From contig JAZDEL010000006.1 in assembly GCA_043808785.1 (NCBI GenBank), positions 30,001 through 62,000 on the forward strand: DNA of 32,000 nucleotides, given 5' to 3'. The position numbers and the translations under genes were made by a program. This DNA comes from Candidatus Iainarchaeum sp. Its GTDB lineage: Archaea; Iainarchaeota; Iainarchaeia; Iainarchaeales; JAZDEL01. The notes beneath the pieces were generated by a model, which searched no databases, was not told the DNA's origin, and worked only from the letters and a program-made list of their open reading frames with translations. Positions 25,486 through 31,665 of the stretch are shown piece after piece (the stretch's first letter is position 1; every line of letters begins with the position of its first letter).

Positions 25486-26121
25486 CTATTCCGTCGCAGC
25501 CATGGCCCGCGCTAGTTTATAGGGGTTTGAAAAGCCGATTTCGGAAATCCATTTTCGCAGGTTTGCCTTCCCGTTTAGTGGAACCTTATATGCGGTTCGG
25601 ACTGATGTTTTTGATTTGTAAGCCCAAATTTTTGCAACATTGAATCCGGCAACGCTTAATAGTTCCTTCAACTGTTCCGCAAGAGCGCGGCTCGTAGTGG
25701 TTATCTCAATAGAAGGGTATTTCGGCGAGCCCGGTTTGTCGGCCACGAAAACGGAGCCGTCCGTGTCCACGATGCCCCGGATTGCGTGCTTTGCCGACTC
25801 CCAATCGGCTTCGATTTCGGCGGGAATTTTGGCCTTAGCGCACTTGCCTTCATGGAAAGGCAACCTGAATGTAGTCGTCAGGCGTTCCACGATCGGCTTA
25901 GAGTCAAATTTAATTCTGACCGCACGTTCCCTGAATTTAGGCTTAACCACCCGCCCCCATGCGGAATAAATTAGGCGGCTCAGATTTTCAAAATACTGCG
26001 CATCGGTTATTGGATTTCCCGTAAAGCCGATTATGTATTTCCTGTTGCGTTTGTAAATGTGCCCGTCCCCGAGGTAGGCGCCGATTAGTTCGCATTCTTC
26101 GGGAGAAATAGTTTCAGCCAT
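25486..26121 (-). CDS. free-standing double-motif LAGLIDADG homing-endonuclease-like protein (211 aa)
   Basis: Motif 1 is ELIGAYLGDGHIY and motif 2 is AIRGIVDTDGSVF, about 100 aa apart. It has its own TATA (TTTAAATT) about 26 nt upstream of the ATG, suggesting a leaderless mRNA. It lies between tRNA-Lys(UUU) and tRNA-Phe on the same strand. Confidence 0.8.
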   Translation of the reverse strand: MAETISPEECELIGAYLGDGHIYKRNRKYIIGFTGNPITDAQYFENLSRLIYSAWGRVVKPKFRERAVRIKFDSKPIVERLTTTFRLPFHEGKCAKAKIPAEIEADWESAKHAIRGIVDTDGSVFVADKPGSPKYPSIEITTTSRALAEQLKELLSVAGFNVAKIWAYKSKTSVRTAYKVPLNGKANLRKWISEIGFSNPYKLARAMAATE

Positions 26122-26233
26122 ATTATATAAAAGGGTTTGCGCAATTTAAAGGCTCGCAGAGAGTGCATTTCCGCTGCGGTTTTTGCCTTAAGCGGTTTCC
26201 GGTGCGAAGTGTGCCGGCCCAGTAATTTTAAAA

Positions 26234-26345
26234 CGAGCCCGAGGGGATTTGAACCCCCGACACCTTGGTTAAAAGCCAAGTGCTTTTGGCGGAAGGGGGC
26301 ATGGAAACCCGCCCGACTTCCTCTACCAGACTGAGCTACGGGCCC
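26234..26345 (-). tRNA. tRNA-Lys(UUU) with one predicted 38-nt intron in the 3' strand of the D-stem (position 22/23-24/25; plus coords about 26283..26320)
   Basis: The fold is GGGCCCG-TA-GCTC-AGTCTGGTA-GAG[GAAGTC...CCAAAAG]C-A-CTTGG-CTTTTAA-CCAAG-GTGTC-GGGGG-TTCAAAT-CCCCT-CGGGCTC-G. The anticodon arm is intact. The D-stem closes only after removing 38 nt. The junction is ambiguous by up to 2 nt. Confidence 0.75.
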
Positions 26346-26372
26346 GTCACAAAGAACGGGTTAGGAAAGGAA

Positions 26373-26378
26373 TTTAAA
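26373..26378 (-). promoter_or_regulatory. TATA box (TTTAAA) for tRNA-Lys(UUU)
   Basis: It is centred about 30 nt upstream of the tRNA 5' end on the minus strand. A C-rich tract and the T-rich/hairpin repeat lie further upstream. Confidence 0.45.
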
Positions 26379-26391
26379 TGTGTGCGGGCGG

Positions 26392-26444
26392 GAAAAACAA
26401 ACAAAAAAAACGCGTCCGTGGTTTGGCGGGTTTGGTTGGTTTTG
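26392..26444. repeat. hairpin-repeat family copy R2, upstream of tRNA-Lys(UUU)
   Basis: The sequence is GAAAAACAAACAAAAAAAACGCGTCCGTGGTTTGGCGGGTTTGGTTGGTTTTG. It has an A/C-rich arm, a CG core and a G/T-rich arm forming an imperfect inverted repeat. Confidence 0.55.
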
Positions 26445-26465
26445 CCGGGTTTGCCGGGTCGTGGC

Positions 26466-26512
26466 GGGAAACAAACCAAAAACCGCGCAGGAGCGCGGTT
26501 GGTTTTGTTGGG
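26466..26512. repeat. hairpin-repeat family copy R3
   Basis: The sequence is GGGAAACAAACCAAAAACCGCGC-AGGA-GCGCGGTTGGTTTTGTTGGG. It has an 8-bp perfect GC-core stem (AACCGCGC/GCGCGGTT) with an imperfect A/C versus G/T extension. Confidence 0.55.
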
Positions 26513-26630
26513 CTTGCGGGGTTTGCTGTGCCGGCAAACCAGCAGGCAAACCATCGGGCATGCGTGCCCGCGGGGATTTTTCGAGTTCATTTCCGCAATG
26601 CGAAAGAAACATTTATATAATGCGTTATAT

Positions 26631-26647
26631 ATCAACTATATGTTGAT
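26631..26647. promoter_or_regulatory. perfect palindrome ATCAAC-TATAT-GTTGAT between TATA (26612..26620) and the antitoxin ATG; candidate operator
   Basis: It is a 6-bp inverted repeat with a 5-nt spacer, 4 nt upstream of the ATG at 26651. This is the typical position for autoregulation of a type II TA operon. Confidence 0.4.
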
Positions 26648-26650
26648 TAT

Positions 26651-26878
26651 ATGGCTAGCGTCACAACAATCCAGATAGGAAGGAATGTGCTGGAAGAACT
26701 GAAGAAAACAAAGCAGTACCCTAGGCAGACCTATTCCGAGATAATCCTGGAGATGGCAAAGGCATACAGAAGCGGCAAATTGAAGAACCAGTACGACGAG
26801 TTCCTGCACAAGATACAGCAGGAAAAAATGAAGGAACTCTGGGGCAATAAAGAGGACGAGGCGTGGGAAAATGCCTGA
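26651..26878 (+). CDS. putative antitoxin (small DNA-binding protein, archaeal VapB/RHH-like)
   Basis: The 75-aa product starts MASVTTIQIGRNVLEELKKTKQYPRQTYSEIILEM, resembling archaeal antitoxins of the TIxIsxexxxxLkxlK...SfSdvI type. It overlaps the toxin gene by 8 nt. Confidence 0.6.
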   Translation: MASVTTIQIGRNVLEELKKTKQYPRQTYSEIILEMAKAYRSGKLKNQYDEFLHKIQQEKMKELWGNKEDEAWENA

Positions 26879-27188
26879 GCAGGGGGATGTCGTGCTTGCG
26901 GCAATCCAGTTTGCCGACACTTTCGAGATAAAAAAGAGGCCTGCTGTAGTGCTTTTTTCCGAGTTCGGGAATGTGGTTGTTGCGGGAATTACGAGCAATA
27001 CGGGGATGCAGGGCATAGCGCTTACGAAAAAGGACGGGGCGATAAAGGACAGCGTGATAAAGCCGAACTATATTTTCACTATATCGGAGAAGGCTGTGGA
27101 GAAGCGGCTTTTTTCCCTTGGCGCCGCGAAAAGGCTGGAACTATATTCCGCGCTGGAGAAAAGGCTCGGCGGGCTGAAGGGGCGCTGA
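26871..27188 (+). CDS. mazF: PemK/MazF-family toxin (endoribonuclease)
   Basis: The sequence GDVVLAAIQFADTFEIKKRPAVVLFSE...VVVAGITSN...DSVIKPNYIFTISEKAVEKRLFSL matches the MazF/PemK SH3-like fold signature (GDvv..f.....kkRPavVls....v.v..iTS). Confidence 0.8.
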   Translation: MPEQGDVVLAAIQFADTFEIKKRPAVVLFSEFGNVVVAGITSNTGMQGIALTKKDGAIKDSVIKPNYIFTISEKAVEKRLFSLGAAKRLELYSALEKRLGGLKGR

Positions 27189-27214
27189 AAATTGCTGGCG
27201 CCCGCAATTGCGGC

Positions 27215-28057
27215 TTATTTTGCGAGCGGTATTTTCACGATGAAAACCGTGCCGCTCGGCTTGTTGTCGATTATGTTATCCCTTATTTCAAGCGCGCCGT
27301 TGTGAATCTTCAGGGCGTGCATTATTGACACCTGGCCGAGGCCGTGTTGCTGCGCAGGATCAAATTCTTTCGTGGTAAAGCCCTTTGCCTCGAGGAAACT
27401 TTTTTTGCCCCTGTCGGAAAGGATTTTGCCCGTGTTGGAAACAGTTATTATGAAATTTTTCGAATCCGTACACAAATCCATATGCAGCCTCCCTTCTTCG
27501 TCAACGGCACGAAGCGCATTCTGACAAAGGTTAAAGACGACGCTCCTGAGCCAGCCAGAATTTGCATTCAAAGCGGCAGGCATTACATACATGCTGGCTG
27601 TGAATTTGGGTTTGTCCCCCGTTAAACGGCTATATTCGGCCAATATTGAGGGGTACTCGGCAAGTTCCTTCGCAAGAACCTGCGCGGATATTCTCCGTAG
27701 GGGGCCTTTGCCTCTCGAGGCAATGCCCTTTGAAAACTCAAGTTCCCGCAGTACATAATTTATGTAGCGGTCTGCTTTTTCCATATTGGGCGTGGTGCTG
27801 GCAAGTTCACACCGTGCACGCTCCACAGCCAACTCGGAAACCAACACGAAGTGGCCTAAGTCGTGGTGCAGGGTGGTTTGTTCGGCAGAACTAGCGGGTT
27901 TAATTAGGCCGCAAAGTTTCTTCAAACCCTCCATGTTTTGTTCAAGAAGAGCCAGCTTGTGTTCAACCGCCTCTTTTGTCGGCGCGGGGAATGTTGTGCG
28001 TGCAACCAGTTCCCGAACACGCAGCCTGCGCCCTTTCGGCGGATAAGGTTTCGGCAT
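27215..28057 (-). CDS. minimal soluble histidine kinase (HisKA-like H-box + HATPase_c), no sensor domain, no adjacent response regulator
   Basis: The candidate H-box is TLHHDLGHFV. The N-box is VVFNLCQNALRAV. G1 is VSNTGKI. The F-box is GFTTKEF. G2 is HGLGQVSI. Confidence 0.7.
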   Translation of the reverse strand: MPKPYPPKGRRLRVRELVARTTFPAPTKEAVEHKLALLEQNMEGLKKLCGLIKPASSAEQTTLHHDLGHFVLVSELAVERARCELASTTPNMEKADRYINYVLRELEFSKGIASRGKGPLRRISAQVLAKELAEYPSILAEYSRLTGDKPKFTASMYVMPAALNANSGWLRSVVFNLCQNALRAVDEEGRLHMDLCTDSKNFIITVSNTGKILSDRGKKSFLEAKGFTTKEFDPAQQHGLGQVSIMHALKIHNGALEIRDNIIDNKPSGTVFIVKIPLAK

Positions 28058-28116
28058 CTATAAAAACCCTAAATAAAATAGTGCAAGGTAGCATATAAGG
28101 TTATGTTGCCGTGCGC

Positions 28117-28131
28117 GAAAAATAAAAAAAA
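28117..28131 (-). terminator. oligo-T tract (TTTTTTTTATTTTTC) immediately 3' of tRNA-Lys(CUU)
   Basis: Archaeal RNA polymerase terminates at T-runs. The tract starts at the first nucleotide after the discriminator base. Confidence 0.45.
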
Positions 28132-28267
28132 CGAGCCCGAGGGGATTTGAACCCCCGACACCCTGGTTGCCCCAGAATGGAAATTAAGAGCCTCACCCAC
28201 GCACAAGGAAACCGCAAGCGGAAACTTGAAACATGACAGGTGCTCTACCAGACTGAGCTACGGGCCC
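28132..28267 (-). tRNA. tRNA-Lys(CUU) with two predicted introns (45 nt at 29/30 or 30/31, plus coords 28192..28236; 17 nt at 37/38, plus coords 28168..28184)
   Basis: The fold is GGGCCCG-TA-GCTC-AGTCTGGTA-GAGC-A-CCTG[intron1]G-CTCTTA[intron2]A-CCAGG-GTGTC-GGGGG-TTCAAAT-CCCCT-CGGGCTC-G. Removing 45+17 nt yields a perfect 74-nt cloverleaf. The body is identical to tRNA-Lys(UUU) outside the anticodon arm. Confidence 0.75.
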
Positions 28268-28301
28268 TGATTGAACCGAAATAATTGGGGGGTTGAAGGT
28301 A

Positions 28302-28307
28302 TTTAAA
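28302..28307 (-). promoter_or_regulatory. TATA box (TTTAAA) for tRNA-Lys(CUU)
   Basis: It lies 35-40 nt upstream of the tRNA 5' end. A C-rich tract and hairpin repeat R4 lie further upstream. Confidence 0.4.
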
Positions 28308-28330
28308 GGTTGCGCGGGGGGAAGGGGGGA

Positions 28331-28386
28331 GAAAAAACACAACAAAACAAACCCCGGCGCGCCGTGGTTTTTGTTTGGTTTGTGGG
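28331..28386. repeat. hairpin-repeat family copy R4, between the serS stop and the tRNA-Lys(CUU) promoter; may double as the serS terminator
   Basis: The sequence is GAAAAAACACAACAAAACAAACC-CCGGCGCGCCG-TGGTTTTTGTTTGGTTTGTGGGG. The core is the 10-nt palindrome CGGCGCGCCG. On the minus strand the hairpin is followed by TTTTTTC. Confidence 0.6.
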
Positions 28387-28387
28387 G

Positions 28388-29674
28388 TTATTTCGCGCCC
28401 TTCCTGGGCTTAATCTCGTCAATCCCGTGCATGAAAGGGAGCAAGGCATCTGGGATTTTTACTGTGCCTTTTTCGGTCTGGAAGTTTTCTACAATCGCGC
28501 GGATTGTGCGCGAGGTTGCGAGCGCTGTGCTGTTCAAAGTGTGAACGAACTCCTTGCCCTGCGCTGTGCGGAATTTTATGTTAGAACGTACTGCCTGGTA
28601 AGAGGTGCAATTAGAGGCGGAAACAACTTCGGCATAATTCTGTTCGCGCGGGAACCATGCCTCTATGTCGTACTTGCGTGCTGCAACTGTGCCTATGTCG
28701 CCTGTGCAGACATCGACAACGCGGCAAGGTATGCGCAGACCCTGGAGGAGTTCCTCCGCGTTTTTCAGGAGTTCGTCAAGCAGTTTTGCGCTTTCTTCTG
28801 GTTTGCAAAATACGAACTGTTCTACCTTGTTGAACTGGTGCACGCGGAACAGGCCGCGAGTATCAACGCCGTGCGCGCCGATTTCGCGGCGGAAGCAGGG
28901 AGAGATGCCTGCGTATTTCAAAGGCAGGGAACGCTCCTCGAGGATTTCGCCTGCGTGCATTGCGCAGAGCGGGTGCTCGGAAGTTGCAATCAGGTAAGTG
29001 TCCACACCCTCGATTTTATACATAACTTTCTCGAAGTCTTCAAGCGCCGTGACCCCTTCATATGGCGCGCGGTTCATGAAGAAGGGCGGCTTTATCGGCG
29101 TGAAGCCTTTCTTGAGCAGGTGTGAAAGGGAGTATTGCACAAGCGCGCTGTCGAGGAGCGCGAGTTCGCCAATGAGGAAATAAAAACCCCTGCCGGAGGT
29201 TTTCGCTGCGCGCTCGAAATCAACCAATCCTGCGTTCTGCAGGAATTCGCCGTGGGGATGCATTTTGAATGAAGGAACTTCTGTTTTGCCCCAGCGGCGG
29301 ATGACCTTGTTTTCCGAGGAGTCTTTGCCCAAGGGGACGTCTTTTTCGAGGAGGTTGGGGAGGGAGAGGAGCATCGGGCGCGCCTGAAGGCGGAGTTTTT
29401 CCGCCTTTGCGTCAAGGGCCGCAATCTTTTTCGAAACCGCCTTTGCTAGCGAGATTTTTGCCTTTGCTTCTTTTTTTGAGGCGGCTTTTGAAATTGTTTC
29501 GGTTAGGGTGTTGCGCTTCTTTTTGAACTGCTCGGATTGGTAAGAGAGGCGAACGATTTTCTTGTCAAGCGCAAGAAGCCTTTCCAGCAGCGCTTCCTTC
29601 CCTCCCATGCCGCGGCGCTTGAGGTCTGCTTTTACCGCATCGGGGTTTGCGCGCACGAATTTCAGGTCGAGCAT
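28388..29674 (-). CDS. serS: seryl-tRNA synthetase
   Basis: The start is MLDLKFVRANPDAV, trimmed to the ATG at 29674. An N-terminal coiled-coil arm is present. Class II motif 2 is FRREIGAHGVDTRGLFRVHQFNKVEQF. Motif 3 is the GTVKIPDALLPFM region. Confidence 0.9.
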   Translation of the reverse strand: MLDLKFVRANPDAVKADLKRRGMGGKEALLERLLALDKKIVRLSYQSEQFKKKRNTLTETISKAASKKEAKAKISLAKAVSKKIAALDAKAEKLRLQARPMLLSLPNLLEKDVPLGKDSSENKVIRRWGKTEVPSFKMHPHGEFLQNAGLVDFERAAKTSGRGFYFLIGELALLDSALVQYSLSHLLKKGFTPIKPPFFMNRAPYEGVTALEDFEKVMYKIEGVDTYLIATSEHPLCAMHAGEILEERSLPLKYAGISPCFRREIGAHGVDTRGLFRVHQFNKVEQFVFCKPEESAKLLDELLKNAEELLQGLRIPCRVVDVCTGDIGTVAARKYDIEAWFPREQNYAEVVSASNCTSYQAVRSNIKFRTAQGKEFVHTLNSTALATSRTIRAIVENFQTEKGTVKIPDALLPFMHGIDEIKPRKGAK

Positions 29675-29731
29675 GTGAACACGAACCAATGATTAATCAT
29701 TATTAAAGGATTTACCTTGTTATTATTTTTT

Positions 29732-30292
29732 ATGGCGAGGGGTTTAAAGGCGGGTTCGCCAAAAGGAGAGGTTGTTGTACTCAGGTATGGCCACAGGGCT
29801 GTGCGCGATTATCGGGTAACCTCGCACTGCTGCCTTGTTGCAAGGGCGTTCGGGGCGAAGAGGATAATTATCGCGGGGGAGGCTGACCCTGAAATAAAAC
29901 AGAGTGTTGACGGGGTCACGGCAAAATGGGGCGGGAAGTTTGAGGTTCAGTTCACGGATTCGTGGAGGGAAACAATTACAGGGCATAAGAAAAAAGGTTT
30001 TGCCTGCGTGCACACAACAATGTACGGCTTGAGGCTGCAGGATGAGATTAAGCGGATAAGGAAGCGCGGGAAAGTGCTGTTAATACTCGGCTCGCAGAAG
30101 GTGGAGAGGGCGGTTTATGAAATGGCGGATTTCAATGTGGCGATAACATCGCAGCCGCACTCGGAGATTGCCGCGCTTGCGGTTTTCCTGCACGAATATT
30201 TTCAGGGAAAGGGGCTTGGGCTTGAATTCAAAGGCGCGAAAACTAAGATAACGCCGGAAGCGCACGGGAAGAATGTGAGGAAGGCGAATTAA
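29732..30292 (+). CDS. tRNA (cytidine56-2'-O)-methyltransferase aTrm56 (SPOUT)
   Basis: VVVLRYGHRAVRDYRVTSHCCLVARAFGA and LILGSQKVERAVYEMADFNVAITSQPHSEIAALAVFLHEY match the archaeal Trm56 pattern (VLRLGHR..RDkRittHv.L.ARAfGA; ...nqPHSevAALAvfL). Confidence 0.8.
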   Translation: MARGLKAGSPKGEVVVLRYGHRAVRDYRVTSHCCLVARAFGAKRIIIAGEADPEIKQSVDGVTAKWGGKFEVQFTDSWRETITGHKKKGFACVHTTMYGLRLQDEIKRIRKRGKVLLILGSQKVERAVYEMADFNVAITSQPHSEIAALAVFLHEYFQGKGLGLEFKGAKTKITPEAHGKNVRKAN

Positions 30293-30295
30293 CCC

Positions 30296-30697
30296 TTAGC
30301 GAGCCATTAAACGGATGAGCTCCTTTTTCCCGCCTGAGAGCTTCACCAAAGCGCGCGTGAGTTCTGGATCAAAATGCCACTCGGCTCTCTCCCGCAGCGC
30401 ACCGAGGCGGCTGTTTAGTTGCAGTTCACTCTTCGCGGCATTTATCTCTTTAGCCAGACGCCTGGCAAACTCAAGTTCTTCCTTGTCCACGGGCCAGTCA
30501 TGCCTCTTTGGCACAGCATGCTTGCCGCGTTTCAGTTTGTTGTCTCTTTGCACTAGCAGGCGGAGTACGTCTGTGTGCAGCTCATGATAAACGCGCTGCT
30601 TCTCAGCCTCATTTCTCAGGGCTTTACGAGAATAATAGTTGGTCTTTAGTTTTATAATTGCTTTTTTAAGCCCCACACAAACCACCCATTTTGGCAC
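30296..30697 (-). CDS. hypothetical basic/helical protein (133 aa), GTG start
   Basis: It is an open frame with GCATATATAACC TATA-like sequence about 35 nt upstream. There is no internal Met until the last three residues. I recognise no family. Confidence 0.4.
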   Translation of the reverse strand: MPKWVVCVGLKKAIIKLKTNYYSRKALRNEAEKQRVYHELHTDVLRLLVQRDNKLKRGKHAVPKRHDWPVDKEELEFARRLAKEINAAKSELQLNSRLGALRERAEWHFDPELTRALVKLSGGKKELIRLMAR

Positions 30698-30834
30698 GCA
30701 ATGCTACCGCTAAAAACAAACGTGGTTTGCATATATAACCGTTGTGCTGCAGTTAATGGCGGCGAAATCGAACGCAAAACGCGTCTTGCGCGCACAAAAA
30801 ACGGAAAAATATTTTTCGCGCACGTGTGTAAGTG

Positions 30835-30842
30835 TTTTAAAC
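30835..30842 (+). promoter_or_regulatory. TATA box (TTTTAAAC) for tfe
   Basis: It is centred about 26 nt upstream of the ATG at 30864, consistent with a leaderless mRNA. Confidence 0.4.
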
Positions 30843-30863
30843 AATTAGCAGGGGAATTATGTC

Positions 30864-31397
30864 ATGGCGAGGAAGGAACTCTGCGATTTTGTGATTGTGC
30901 AAACGTACCTGAGTTCGCTGGCGGGGGAGCACGCAAGCAAACTTGTGAGGATTTGCGGGAGGAAGAGGAAACCCATTACGGACGAGGAGATAGAAAAGAA
31001 GCTCCCGATAAAAATAACCGAGATAAGGACAATACTCAACAGGCTGCATTACTGGGGGATTGCATCATACCAGAAAAGCAGGAACCCGAACACAGGATGG
31101 TATTCGTATTCGTGGGAAATAAAGCCGGACAGGATTTCGGAACTTATAGCGGAGGGGCAGGCGGAGGAGATTGCGAAGATAGAGGCGAAGATAGAGTACG
31201 AGAGGAATTACGCCTTTTTCAGCTGCAAGGGCGGGTGCAATAACGTGCCCTTTGAAATTGCCGCGGAATACGAGTTCAAGTGCCCTGACTGCGGGAAGAC
31301 AATGGAGGCAGTGAATAACGAGAAAAGGGTAAAGGAACTGAAGAAAGGCCTGAAGGACATTGTTGACAGCATTGGGGAGATAAAGAAGCTTGTGTAA
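30864..31397 (+). CDS. tfe: transcription factor E (TFE-alpha, TFIIE-alpha homolog)
   Basis: An N-terminal winged helix is present (PITDEEIEKKLPIKITEIRTILNRLHYWGIASY...WYSYSWEI). A Zn-ribbon follows (FFSCKGGC...FKCPDCGKTM). Confidence 0.8.
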   Translation: MARKELCDFVIVQTYLSSLAGEHASKLVRICGRKRKPITDEEIEKKLPIKITEIRTILNRLHYWGIASYQKSRNPNTGWYSYSWEIKPDRISELIAEGQAEEIAKIEAKIEYERNYAFFSCKGGCNNVPFEIAAEYEFKCPDCGKTMEAVNNEKRVKELKKGLKDIVDSIGEIKKLV

Positions 31398-31544
31398 GCG
31401 CGCGGGCGGGGCAAGCTGTGGTTGCGGGCATCAGTTGGCATTTAACCAGAAGGCAAAATAACACACATTGTTGGACAAACGGCACAATTTGCAAAGGGAA
31501 CAATAATTAACCCGATAACGTTATTTTGTTTGCTTTCCGAAAGG

Positions 31545-31552
31545 TAATTAAA
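31545..31552 (+). promoter_or_regulatory. TATA box (TAATTAAA) for initiator tRNA
   Basis: It is centred about 30 nt upstream of tRNA position 1. A T/G-rich tract TTATTTTGTTTGCTTTCC lies just upstream. Confidence 0.4.
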
Positions 31553-31578
31553 CAGATGAATATGATAAGTTAAGTTAC

Positions 31579-31665
31579 AGCGGGGTAGGGCAGCCTGGAG
31601 TGCCCGTCGGGCTCATATTCCATGGGGAAACCCGAAGGTCGAAGGTTCAAATCCTTCCCCCGCTA
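31579..31665 (+). tRNA. initiator tRNA-Met(CAU) with a 12-nt intron at 37/38 (31618..31629)
   Basis: The fold is AGCGGGG-TA-GGGC-AGCCTGGAGT-GCCC-G-TCGGG-CTCATA[TTCCATGGGGAA]A-CCCGA-AGGTC-GAAGG-TTCAAAT-CCTTC-CCCCGCT-A. An A1:U72 pair and three consecutive G:C pairs at 29-31/39-41 are archaeal initiator hallmarks. Confidence 0.8.

Noticed and set aside
26390-26560. Possible CRISPR array because of repeated short motifs
   Set aside because: The repeats are imperfect, of unequal length and irregular spacing, and occur in both orientations. There are no unique spacers of constant size and no cas genes in the window.
28310-29125. 271-aa plus-strand ORF antisense to serS, and other antisense ORFs (21603..22268, 23276..23842, 9765..10295, 19978..20607, 11131..11715)
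   Set aside because: All overlap strongly supported genes on the opposite strand. They have skewed Arg/Cys/Val/Phe composition typical of antisense frames in GC-moderate genomes.
30701-31243. 180-aa plus-strand ORF overlapping tfe in another frame
   Set aside because: It has Gly/Arg/Glu/Asp-rich low-complexity sequence. The overlapping frame starting at 30864 gives a clean TFE winged-helix plus Zn-ribbon protein with a correctly spaced TATA.
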